Assembly (NCBI GenBank): GCA_964369625.1
Contig: CAYJFC010000001.1
Location: 1 to 58,557 of the forward strand
Direction: 5' to 3'
Source of the DNA: an uncultured Muribaculaceae bacterium
GTDB lineage: Bacteria > Bacillota_I > Bacilli_A > RF39 > UBA660
Length of the DNA stretch: 58,557 nt
In this document: positions 46,786 through 55,576 of the stretch, piece by piece
Layout: each line of letters starts with the position of its first letter
Position numbering within the stretch: position 1 is the first letter of the stretch
Notes under the pieces: generated by a model
Seen by the model: only the letters and a program-made list of their open reading frames with translations
Told to the model about the DNA's origin: nothing
The model's database searches: none
Made by a program: the position numbers and the translations under genes

Positions 46786-48712
46786 CATTTACATAGGAAC
46801 TAGCCCCTGGCTCAGTTCCTTTTATAAAGTAAAAAATACTTGATTTAGTCTCATCTGTTGCCATTGTTCCAGTAACGGAATCTAATAATACTCCAACTAC
46901 GTTATCGGGTTTTTCATACCAAGTATCTTTTGCTTCTGCGTTTATATCTTCCATAGTTTGTGCCCAAATATTTTTTTGAGCACTGCTAATTTGCGATGTA
47001 GTATTTTGATTGTTATCATATCCCATCCAAATACCAAATAAAACTTCATTATTATAACCTATATGCCAATTATCAGTGTCGGTAGTTCCGCTTTTTAGTG
47101 CGTATTTATTTGTTAATATATGTGATATAGAATATCCTGTAGCAGTCGTATAATCATTAAAAGTGGATGAAGTAGTTCCTGCTAACATTTCATTTATAAT
47201 ATATGTATAATTGGGATTAAGTACTAAATTATTGATATATTCTTTTTCATATAATACATTTCCATTCATGTCTTCAACTTTTTCTATAAAATGAAGATCT
47301 CGTTCATAACCACCTGATGCAAAAGTAGTATATCCTGTTACTAAATCAATTATATTTAATTCGCTAGTACCTAAAGCAAGAGATGCAACTTCATTTAATT
47401 CTCCTTTAATACCAGTTTTTTTCGCAGCTTCTATCATTTTATCAACTCCTAGAAATAAATTAGTTTTAACGGCATATATATTATCTGAATATGCAAGTGC
47501 AGCAGCCATTGTTATATCTTTATTTGCATAGATATTGTTATAATTATTGGGAGAATAAACTTGATCATTAGATAAATTAAAAACAGTTGGTTCGCTTTTA
47601 AATGTAGATGCCATTGTTAGATTATTTTCTAGTGCGGCGTAATATAAGAAAGTTTTCATTGTTGATCCAACTTGTCTAACTGAATCAATAGCTCTATTAT
47701 ATGTGCTATCAGCATAATTAATACCACCGCTTAAAGCTAATATTTTTCCATTATTTGGATCAACTATAACACTAGCCACTTGCATATTGTCATCTACTTT
47801 GTGTTCTAATATATTTTCTTCCATAATTTTTTGATAATTCATATCCAGTGTAGTATATATTTTTAATCCGCCAGATTCTATTAAGGAAGGGGGAATAACA
47901 TTAATAGATTCTAATTCACGTATAACAGCATCTTGGTAATACATTAACATTTGCAAATTATTCTCAGTATTCTTACCATAAATTTCTATTGGTGATGTAA
48001 ATAAATTATTATATTCATCCCATGTAAGCATATTGTTATTAATCATAGTTTCAGCAACTATTTTAGCTCTATAGATAGAACTTTCATAATCAGTAACTGG
48101 ATTATATTCATTGGGTCTATTGGGTATTCCAGCAAGTATTAAAGCTTCTTCTAAAGTAAGCTGACTAGCATCTTTGTTAAAATAATATTTACTCGCATTT
48201 TGAATACCGTAATTACCATGACCATAATATATAGTATTAACATAACCTTCTAATATAGAATCTTTGTCGTAATGGACTTCTAACTCTAGAGCTAAAAAAG
48301 CTTCTTCTATTTTTCTACTCCATGTTTTATCAAAGTCTAAGTACATGTTTTTGGCGTATTGCTGTGTAATAGTTGAACCACCTTCAGACAAACTACTAGA
48401 TTGTATGTTATTGATAGCGGCTTTTAAAATTCTAAGATAATCAAAACCCATGTGAGAATAAAAATTCTTATCTTCAACAGAAATTATTGCATTTATAAAA
48501 TAATCGCTTATATTTTGTAAATCAACCCATTCGCTAGATTTAGATCCCTGGTAAACAAGTTCATTAGCATTATCATATATATATAAATTACCAGTGTTTT
48601 TTAAATCAATACTGGGACTAAGGTATGCGTATGTATATAAACCTATTATTCCTAATGCGATTATAATCAAAGAAAATACAAAAATTTTCAAACTTATTTT
48701 TAATGTTTTCAA
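46775..48712 (-). CDS. Class A penicillin-binding protein (transglycosylase/transpeptidase)
   Basis: GT51 motifs (EDKNFYSHMGFD, GGSTITQQ) and transpeptidase motifs (STMK, SDN, KSGT). I prefer the TTG at 48710-48712 (MKTLKISLKIFVFSL, a TM anchor). The track extension to 48943 crosses a divergent promoter and a + strand gene. Confidence 0.85.
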   Translation of the reverse strand: MKTLKISLKIFVFSLIIIALGIIGLYTYAYLSPSIDLKNTGNLYIYDNANELVYQGSKSSEWVDLQNISDYFINAIISVEDKNFYSHMGFDYLRILKAAINNIQSSSLSEGGSTITQQYAKNMYLDFDKTWSRKIEEAFLALELEVHYDKDSILEGYVNTIYYGHGNYGIQNASKYYFNKDASQLTLEEALILAGIPNRPNEYNPVTDYESSIYRAKIVAETMINNNMLTWDEYNNLFTSPIEIYGKNTENNLQMLMYYQDAVIRELESINVIPPSLIESGGLKIYTTLDMNYQKIMEENILEHKVDDNMQVASVIVDPNNGKILALSGGINYADSTYNRAIDSVRQVGSTMKTFLYYAALENNLTMASTFKSEPTVFNLSNDQVYSPNNYNNIYANKDITMAAALAYSDNIYAVKTNLFLGVDKMIEAAKKTGIKGELNEVASLALGTSELNIIDLVTGYTTFASGGYERDLHFIEKVEDMNGNVLYEKEYINNLVLNPNYTYIINEMLAGTTSSTFNDYTTATGYSISHILTNKYALKSGTTDTDNWHIGYNNEVLFGIWMGYDNNQNTTSQISSAQKNIWAQTMEDINAEAKDTWYEKPDNVVGVLLDSVTGTMATDETKSSIFYFIKGTEPGASSYVNANP

Positions 48713-48803
48713 GTAATCACCATTTAGTAGTATTGATAAATAAGAAATTTTTATGTTAAAAAAATGAAGTTTACGATATTTTGTGAAAATTATGTAAAAT
48801 ATA

Positions 48804-48831
48804 TTGATTTTCAAAATCATTGTGATATAAT
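48804..48831 (+). promoter_or_regulatory. Candidate sigma-A promoter (TTGATT-16-TATAAT with a TG extension)
   Basis: TTGATT at 48804-48809 and TGATATAAT at 48823-48831, followed by a GCGAGGTG SD and the ATG at 48858. Confidence 0.6.
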
Positions 48832-48857
48832 GTTTTAGAAAAAAGCGAGGTGTAGTT

Positions 48858-49205
48858 ATGAACCAATCAGTTAACTTGAAGCTTTTTAATGGAGATAACT
48901 TATTATTAGATGTAAAAGATATACAGGCAAAATATGAATACAATAACCTGATATCATATAATATTGATAATAGATTTAATGAATATGATTATATAAATAA
49001 TATTTTTACCCATAAGACACTAGAATATGAAATGAAAATAAATTTTAATAAAAAAATATGTACTTTTGATTTTCAAAAAGAAGGAAGTACTAAGTTTGAT
49101 ATTGAATGTAGTAATAGTATTAAAGATGATGAAATACTATTAAAGTATATTATAGATGAAGAAGAAATAAAAATAATAATTAGTTTTAATAAAATAACTT
49201 TATAG
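48858..49205 (+). CDS. Hypothetical protein (115 aa), possibly a DUF1934/YwiB-like beta-barrel
   Basis: It has a good promoter and SD. The alternating beta-strand-like pattern and the position upstream of rpoE are suggestive only. Confidence 0.5.
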   Translation: MNQSVNLKLFNGDNLLLDVKDIQAKYEYNNLISYNIDNRFNEYDYINNIFTHKTLEYEMKINFNKKICTFDFQKEGSTKFDIECSNSIKDDEILLKYIIDEEEIKIIISFNKITL

Positions 49206-49224
49206 ATATGAAAGAGGGATATAG

Positions 49225-49659
49225 ATGGAATTAAAAAGTTTAACACAAGACGAATTAGAAAGTATGGGTTATGATGAAATAGCGTACCTTATATTACTTG
49301 AAAGTGGTAAAAAGCAAACGCTTTTAAATCTTTTTCAAAAAGTATGTAAATTACTCAAAACAGATTTTGAATCACATGCAGAAAATGTGCCAGAATTTTT
49401 TGAATTATTATCAACTAATAAAAAATTTATAATGTTAGACAATGGATTTTGGGATTTACAAATTAATCATAAAACAAATATAGTAATAGAACATGAAGAT
49501 GAAGATCATGTTGATATTGAAGAAGAAGCGATAGAACATGAAGAAGAGCATGATAATGATATATTTTACGAGGGAGAAGCAACAGATGATACAACTGAAG
49601 ATGATTTAGCTGACTTTGCTCTTATAAATGAAGATGATGAAGAGGAAACAGGCATTTAG
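49225..49659 (+). CDS. rpoE: DNA-directed RNA polymerase delta subunit
   Basis: An N-terminal HARE-HTH-like domain (LTQDELESMGYDEIAYLIL....F..L) is followed by a long D/E-rich tail. Confidence 0.85.
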   Translation: MELKSLTQDELESMGYDEIAYLILLESGKKQTLLNLFQKVCKLLKTDFESHAENVPEFFELLSTNKKFIMLDNGFWDLQINHKTNIVIEHEDEDHVDIEEEAIEHEEEHDNDIFYEGEATDDTTEDDLADFALINEDDEEETGI

Positions 49660-49708
49660 TTTGTTTCTTTTTAAATTTTTGATATAATAAAACAAATGGG
49701 AGATATTT

Positions 49709-50773
49709 ATGATAGAAAGATTAGAAAATATAGTAAAAAGATATAATGAATTAAAAGAAGAGTTAAGTGATACTGAAGTGTTAAGTAATTTTAATTTGGT
49801 AAAAAAATTATCTAAAGAATTTAGTGATTTAGAGGAAACAGTATTAGTATATGACAAATATAAGCAGGCAAAAAATAATTATGAGGAAGCTAAAGTAATG
49901 CTTAGTGATCCAGATTTAAAAGAGATGGCTGAATTAGAAATTGATAGTTTAACTAAGGAAATAGCAGTTTTAGAATCGCAAATAGAAATATTATTAGTTC
50001 CAAAAGATGAAAATGATGGAAAAAATGTTGTTATGGAAATAAGAGGTGCAGCCGGAGGAGATGAAGCTAATATATTTGCTGGTGATTTAATAAGAATGTA
50101 CACATATTACGCTGAAAAAAACAATTGGAAAGTTGAAATATTAAACGCACTAGAGGGAACAAGCGGTGGCTTTTCACAAATTGAATGCCTTATAAAAGGA
50201 GAAAATGTATACTCAAAATTAAAGTATGAAAGTGGAGCACATCGTGTGCAAAGAGTTCCTGCGACAGAAACGCAAGGAAGAGTGCACACATCTACTGCAA
50301 CTGTACTTGTAATGCCTGAAGTTGAAGATGTTAATATTGATATAAAAGAAGTTGATTTAAAAATAGATGTTTATAGATCTTCAGGTGCTGGCGGACAATC
50401 AGTTAATACTACTGACTCAGCAGTACGTATTACTCATTTACCGACAGGAATAATTGTTACATGTCAAAATGAAAGAAGTCAATTAAAAAATAAAGATAAA
50501 GCAATGAAGATGTTAAAAATAAAAATGTTTGATGCAGAGCAGCAACGACAAGAAAATGAAATTGGAGCTGATAGAAAGACCAAAATAGGTTCTGGAGATA
50601 GATCTGAAAAAATTAGAACTTATAATTATCCTCAAAACAGAGTTACTGATCATAGAATCAATTTTTCTTTAATGGAGTTAGACAGAGTTATGGATGGTGG
50701 TATAGATAGTGTAATTGAAGCTTTAGTAACTGAAGATATGCGTTTAAAATTAGCAGGAGAAGAGTTAAAATAA
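49709..50773 (+). CDS. prfA: Peptide chain release factor 1
   Basis: PAT tripeptide (RVPATETQGR) and GGQ (SGAGGQSVN). Confidence 0.95.
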   Translation: MIERLENIVKRYNELKEELSDTEVLSNFNLVKKLSKEFSDLEETVLVYDKYKQAKNNYEEAKVMLSDPDLKEMAELEIDSLTKEIAVLESQIEILLVPKDENDGKNVVMEIRGAAGGDEANIFAGDLIRMYTYYAEKNNWKVEILNALEGTSGGFSQIECLIKGENVYSKLKYESGAHRVQRVPATETQGRVHTSTATVLVMPEVEDVNIDIKEVDLKIDVYRSSGAGGQSVNTTDSAVRITHLPTGIIVTCQNERSQLKNKDKAMKMLKIKMFDAEQQRQENEIGADRKTKIGSGDRSEKIRTYNYPQNRVTDHRINFSLMELDRVMDGGIDSVIEALVTEDMRLKLAGEELK

Positions 50774-50775
50774 TA

Positions 50776-51486
50776 ATGCCTGAAGAATTAATAAAAAAAT
50801 ATGTCCCTATAGATAAACAAAAACAGGCATATATAGATTTGAAAAATAATGTGCCGGTACAATATATAATAGGGCATGTAGATTTTTATGGCTATACTAT
50901 AAAAGTAAATAAAAATGTATTAATACCTAGATTTGAAACTGAATATTTGGTGGAAAAATTAATTAATTATATAAACAAATATCTAAATAAAAAGATTGCT
51001 ATTGCGGATTTAGGTACTGGAAGTGGTGCAATAGCTATAGCTTTAAATAAAGAATTAAATGCAGATGTAACTGCTTTTGATATATCAAAAAAAGCTTTAA
51101 AAGTAGCCAAAGAAAATGCTGAAAATAACGGCTCATCAGTACAATTTTTATTGCATGATATAAAAAAAGAAATTCCTGGAGTATATGATTGTATAGTATC
51201 TAACCCCCCTTATATTGCTTATGAAAATAAAGCAGACGATATAGTTCATAATAATGAACCTCATCTAGCGTTATATGCAGATAAAAAAGGTTTAGATTTT
51301 TATGAAAAAATATTGGGATACGCTAAGAATGTATTGTCAAAAAAAAGTATTATTGCTTTTGAAATTGGAATGGATCAAGCAAATGATATAAAAAAAATAG
51401 CAGAAAAATATTTCGAATCTGCTATTATAAAAATTGAAAAAGATTTGCCTGGTAAAGATAGATACATATTTATAATAAATGAATAA
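50776..51486 (+). CDS. prmC: Release factor glutamine methyltransferase
   Basis: Has DLGTGSGAIAI and NPPY motifs and lies directly after prfA. Confidence 0.9.
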   Translation: MPEELIKKYVPIDKQKQAYIDLKNNVPVQYIIGHVDFYGYTIKVNKNVLIPRFETEYLVEKLINYINKYLNKKIAIADLGTGSGAIAIALNKELNADVTAFDISKKALKVAKENAENNGSSVQFLLHDIKKEIPGVYDCIVSNPPYIAYENKADDIVHNNEPHLALYADKKGLDFYEKILGYAKNVLSKKSIIAFEIGMDQANDIKKIAEKYFESAIIKIEKDLPGKDRYIFIINE

Positions 51487-51510
51487 ATATTATAAACTTT
51501 TAACATAATT
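51480..51510 (+). promoter_or_regulatory. Candidate forespore (sigma-F/sigma-G type) promoter of spoIIR
   Basis: TGAATA (51480-51485), an 18-nt spacer, then CATAATT (51504-51510). B. subtilis spoIIR is sigma-F dependent. Confidence 0.5.
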
Positions 51511-51530
51511 AGTTTGAAAAGAGGTTAATT

Positions 51531-52031
51531 ATGAAAAAGATTATAATATTTTTATTTGTAATAACAATAACTATATCAGTATTTTCAACTAATAACGAGA
51601 TAATTATTCCTACAAATTCTATTAGATTAAGATTAATTGCCAATAGTAATGATTCAAAAGATCAAATAATTAAATATAATCTTAAAGAAGAGTTAAGCAG
51701 TATCATTGCTAATATAGAAAATACAAGTAATGACATTGATGAAAGCAGGGAAGCTATTATTAATTCTATACCTTTAATAGAAGATAAATTAAATGAATTT
51801 GAAATAAAGTATGATATTAATTATGGAAATAATTTATTTCCAGAAAAAAATTATAAGGGAGTAAGTTATGAAGCAGGGAACTATGAATCTCTAGTAATAA
51901 CTATAGGTGAAGGTTTAGGAGAAAATTGGTGGTGTGTATTATTTCCACCTTTATGCTTGGTGGATGAAGAAAATATTGAAGAAAAAGAATATAGTTTGTA
52001 TGTAACAAACATATTAAGAAAATTTAAGTAA
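51531..52031 (+). CDS. spoIIR: Stage II sporulation protein R
   Basis: A signal peptide, IRLRLIANSNDSKDQ and WWCVLFPPLC, which are hallmarks of SpoIIR. Confidence 0.88.
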   Translation: MKKIIIFLFVITITISVFSTNNEIIIPTNSIRLRLIANSNDSKDQIIKYNLKEELSSIIANIENTSNDIDESREAIINSIPLIEDKLNEFEIKYDINYGNNLFPEKNYKGVSYEAGNYESLVITIGEGLGENWWCVLFPPLCLVDEENIEEKEYSLYVTNILRKFK

Positions 52032-52042
52032 TATAATTAAAT

Positions 52043-52573
52043 ATGAATGTATATTTAACAACAATTTTATTAGGAATATCACTATCAATGGATGCATTTT
52101 CTTTGGCTCTTTTTCTAGGCGTTATATTTAATAAAAAAACTGCGAAAAAATTTATATTATTAGTAGGAATATTCCATTTTATAATGCCGTTATTAGGTTC
52201 TTTAGTAGGATTTAAAGTTTCAAATATAATGAGTTTAAATGGACATTATGTTTTGGGAATAATCCTTATGATTTTAAGTATACAAATAATAATAAGTATA
52301 TTTAAGAAAGAAGAAATAAAAAATTTTAAAGGCTATGAATTAATTTTACTGGCCTTTGGAGTTAGCATAGATAGTTTTACATTGGGATTTGGTTTAAGTT
52401 TTGAAAATTCAAACATATTTTTTTCTGCAATAATATTTTCTATATGCAGTATTTTACTTACTTGTATGGCATTAATAATAGGTAAATATACCACAAAGTT
52501 TATTGGTTCATTTTCTAAAATTATTGGTGCAATTATGCTCTTTACATTTGGGATTTTTTATTTGTTTAACTAA
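52043..52573 (+). CDS. mntP: DUF204 membrane protein (manganese efflux pump MntP / YtaF family)
   Basis: Six TM segments, with a duplicated DAF/DSF motif (SLSMDAFSLAL and GVSIDSFTLGF). Confidence 0.75.
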   Translation: MNVYLTTILLGISLSMDAFSLALFLGVIFNKKTAKKFILLVGIFHFIMPLLGSLVGFKVSNIMSLNGHYVLGIILMILSIQIIISIFKKEEIKNFKGYELILLAFGVSIDSFTLGFGLSFENSNIFFSAIIFSICSILLTCMALIIGKYTTKFIGSFSKIIGAIMLFTFGIFYLFN

Positions 52574-52602
52574 TTGACAAACCCTTGAAAAATTATTATA
52601 GT
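52574..52602 (+). promoter_or_regulatory. Candidate sigma-A promoter of murA (TTGACA-17-TATAGT)
   Basis: TTGACA at 52574-52579 and TATAGT at 52597-52602. Confidence 0.6.
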
Positions 52603-52663
52603 ATTAATAGTTGAAAAACATTGGATTTTATGGTTAAATATATACATTTGAAAGGGGATCATT

Positions 52664-53917
52664 ATGAAAAAAATTATTATTGAAGGAAATAAATTATTAA
52701 GTGGAACAATAAAAATAGGTGGTGCTAAAAATAGTGCGGTTGCACTTTTACCAGCAGCTATATTATCTAGTGGTATAACTAAAATATCAAGTGTTCCAAA
52801 TATTTCAGATAAGGATGCTATAGTTAGCATGTTAGAATTTTTAGGGGCAAGTGTTCTTATAGATAATAATAATTTTATAATAGATTCAAGCAAAGTTGAA
52901 AATAAACCTTTACCAATGGATTACTGTCAAAAACTAAGAGCTTCATATTATTTTATGGGGATACTTTTAGCAAAATATAAATATGCTGAAGTATGTGTTC
53001 CAGGGGGATGTAAAATAGGTACAAGACCTATAGATATTCATTTAAAAGGATTTGAATCTTTAGGAGCAACAGTAGAAGTATTAGAAGATAGAATAATATT
53101 AAAGGCTGATAACTTAGTGGGGAATAATATAAATCTCCCTTTTGCATCAGTGGGAGCAACTATAAATATTATGTTTGCAGCAAGTATGGCAACAGGTGTT
53201 ACTATTATAAAAAATGCTGCTAAAGAGCCTGAAATTGTAAACATAGCGGATATGCTTATTAGTATGGGATTAGATATAAAAGGTGCAGGAACTGATACCA
53301 TAACTATAGTAGGTAATCCAAATTTAAATGGTGGAAATATAAAAGTTGTACCAGATAGAATAGAAGCAGGAACATATATTATTATGGGGGCTTTACTTGG
53401 AAATGATTATAAAGTAAAGGGAGTAGATTTTACTCATTTAACTGCATTATTAAATAAATTTGATGACATGAAAATTAAATATGAAATATCTGGAGATGAA
53501 ATAAAAATTAACAAACAAGATAATTTAAATCCCGTTAATATCAAATCTTTAATTTATCCTGGGTTTCCTACTGATTTAGGACAACCTATGCAAGTTCTTT
53601 TGACAAAAACTGTTGGAACATCTTTTTTTGAGGAAACAATATTCGAAAATAGAATGTTACATGTTAAATATTTAAATAAAATGGGAGCTGATATAAATGT
53701 TAATGGTAAATGCGCAACTATAAATGGTCCAACTAATTATATAGGACAAAAAATAAAAGCTGGTGATTTAAGAGGAGGAGCAGCTTTAGTATTAGCTGGA
53801 TTAATTGCTGAAGGAAAAACAGAAATTGTTGAAGTTGAATATATACTTAGAGGTTATGAAAATATTATAAGTAAATTAACTAAATTAGGTGCTAATATTA
53901 AAATAGAAGAAATATAA
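52664..53917 (+). CDS. murA: UDP-N-acetylglucosamine 1-carboxyvinyltransferase
   Basis: Contains GAKNSA, the catalytic Cys context PGGCKIGTRPID, and FPTDLGQPM. Confidence 0.95.
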   Translation: MKKIIIEGNKLLSGTIKIGGAKNSAVALLPAAILSSGITKISSVPNISDKDAIVSMLEFLGASVLIDNNNFIIDSSKVENKPLPMDYCQKLRASYYFMGILLAKYKYAEVCVPGGCKIGTRPIDIHLKGFESLGATVEVLEDRIILKADNLVGNNINLPFASVGATINIMFAASMATGVTIIKNAAKEPEIVNIADMLISMGLDIKGAGTDTITIVGNPNLNGGNIKVVPDRIEAGTYIIMGALLGNDYKVKGVDFTHLTALLNKFDDMKIKYEISGDEIKINKQDNLNPVNIKSLIYPGFPTDLGQPMQVLLTKTVGTSFFEETIFENRMLHVKYLNKMGADINVNGKCATINGPTNYIGQKIKAGDLRGGAALVLAGLIAEGKTEIVEVEYILRGYENIISKLTKLGANIKIEEI

Positions 53918-54046
53918 TAGAGTATAAAACTCTATTTTTATTTTGGAGATGATATTATAGAAAAAAAGGTAGGTATAATATTTTTAATAGGAATATGTAT
54001 AGTTATATTAATTTATACTTTATATGGGGAAAAAAATGATAAATAT

Positions 54047-54589
54047 ATGTTTATAGGAGATAGTCTAGCTAGTGGAAAAACATATTTGACCAATAAATCA
54101 TATAATTTTAATCATATGTTGATAGAAAATAATAATATCGTAGATTATAATGATGAACTTGTCATAAATAATATTACTACAAGAGATATATATGAAATCA
54201 TATCCAATAACGAGACAATAAATGAGCAAACTGTAAAATCACTTATTAAGCAGGCGAAAGTAATTACTATAGCTCTTGGAATTGATGAATTAAATGATAA
54301 TGCCAATATAAATATTTACATGTATTATATGGATAAAATATTAGAAATAATAACTAGTTTAAATTACAATGATATTTATTTAATAGGATTATATTCTGAT
54401 ATAGATAAAATTAATGATGTTAATAAAATGTTAAAAGATTTAGCTCTAAAGTACAAAATAATTTATGTAGATATAAGTAATATAGTGGAAGATAAATATT
54501 TTTCCAGTGAATATATTAATTTATTGGGTCATGAATATATAAAAAAATGTATATTGGGTAGTAAAAATAATCAAAATACTATTGATTGA
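54047..54589 (+). CDS. GDSL/SGNH-family protein
   Basis: A block I motif (FIGDSLASG) lies at the very N-terminus of the ATG-initiated ORF. An in-frame hydrophobic segment lies upstream without a canonical start (see findings). Confidence 0.6.
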   Translation: MFIGDSLASGKTYLTNKSYNFNHMLIENNNIVDYNDELVINNITTRDIYEIISNNETINEQTVKSLIKQAKVITIALGIDELNDNANINIYMYYMDKILEIITSLNYNDIYLIGLYSDIDKINDVNKMLKDLALKYKIIYVDISNIVEDKYFSSEYINLLGHEYIKKCILGSKNNQNTID

Positions 54590-54600
54590 TTAGGAAAATA

Positions 54601-54609
54601 TGATATAAT
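54601..54609 (+). promoter_or_regulatory. Extended -10 element (TGATATAAT) upstream of rpmE
   Basis: TGnTATAAT lies 57 nt upstream of the rpmE ATG. Confidence 0.45.
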
Positions 54610-54665
54610 ACAAACGGCAAACAAAATCTATGCTTAAAATTAAGCATGGCGGAAGGAGAATATAA

Positions 54666-54875
54666 ATGAAAGCAAATATACATCCAGAAACAAAAGAAAC
54701 TACAGTGACTTGTGCATGTGGAACTACTTTTACTGCTAAATCAACTAAAGAAGTAATTAACGTTGAGGTTTGTAGTAAATGTCATCCAGCATATGATGGA
54801 AATCAAAAAGTTACTGCTAAGAAAGCTGGTAATATAGAGAAATTTAACCGTAAACACGGATTAGATAATAAATAG
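54666..54875 (+). CDS. rpmE: 50S ribosomal protein L31 (zinc-binding type A)
   Basis: MKANIHPE..., with CxC and CSKCHP cysteines. Confidence 0.93.
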   Translation: MKANIHPETKETTVTCACGTTFTAKSTKEVINVEVCSKCHPAYDGNQKVTAKKAGNIEKFNRKHGLDNK

Positions 54876-54934
54876 TAAATTAGTAAAATATATTTTTACT
54901 TTTTTTATGTAATAAAGTATAATAAGTATAGGAG

Positions 54935-55387
54935 ATGATTAAAATTAAAGTATATATAGCGGCAGATCACTTAGGTGTGAATGTAAAAGAAAGTTTAATA
55001 AGTTATTTAAAAGAAAATGAGATAAATATACAGGATATTGGATTAGAGAATAATGATCTAGATGATTATCCTGATTTTGCTTTTAAACTTGGAGAGTTAG
55101 TAAATGAAAATAATGCACTAGGCATTTTAATATGTGGTAATGGAATAGGAATGAGTATTGCTGCCAATAAGGTAAAAGGGATAAGATGTGCTAGAGTTTT
55201 ATCAGTAGACGATGCTTTCAAATGTAAAAATCATAATGGTGCAAATGTAATATCTATAAGCAGTGAAAGTGATATTAATTTAATAAAAGATATGGTAGAT
55301 ATGTTTATTGCTACAAAAGATCCATCAGAACCAAGATATTTAAAAAGAATAAATAAAATGAATAATTATGAAGGAGCTAACATATAA
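54935..55387 (+). CDS. rpiB: Ribose-5-phosphate isomerase B
   Basis: AADHLG, the catalytic context ICGNGIGMSIAANK, and ARVL. The SD abuts the ATG, so the exact start is uncertain. Confidence 0.88.
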   Translation: MIKIKVYIAADHLGVNVKESLISYLKENEINIQDIGLENNDLDDYPDFAFKLGELVNENNALGILICGNGIGMSIAANKVKGIRCARVLSVDDAFKCKNHNGANVISISSESDINLIKDMVDMFIATKDPSEPRYLKRINKMNNYEGANI

Positions 55388-55566
55388 TGAATTATAAAAT
55401 TATATTATATGCAGTGTTTATTATGATAAGTGCAATTGCTTTATCGGGAATTAACTTTGATAATATAATTAAAAAAAATCGTGTAATTGAAGCTAGAATA
55501 TTAGTTGTGATACTAAGTATAATATCAGGTTATGTTTTAACAAATTTTGTATTAGATTTTTTATAA
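55387..55566 (+). CDS. Small two-TM membrane protein, DUF1146/YwzB-like (59 aa)
   Basis: Below the ORF-track size cutoff. Its ATG overlaps the rpiB stop (TAATG). It reads MNYKIILYAVFIMISAIALSGINFDNIIKKNRVIEARILVVILSIISGYVLTNFVLDFL. The pattern (..INF....KK.RV.EAR.L......I..GY...NF.LDF) is what I recall for DUF1146. Confidence 0.6.
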   Translation: MNYKIILYAVFIMISAIALSGINFDNIIKKNRVIEARILVVILSIISGYVLTNFVLDFL

Positions 55567-55576
55567 AGGGCTAAAA

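Noticed and set aside
48713-48943. The 77-codon N-terminal extension of the class A PBP ORF.
   Set aside because: It runs through a strong divergent + strand promoter and into the 48858 gene. The extension is low-complexity and has no SD. The TM anchor begins right after the TTG at 48712.
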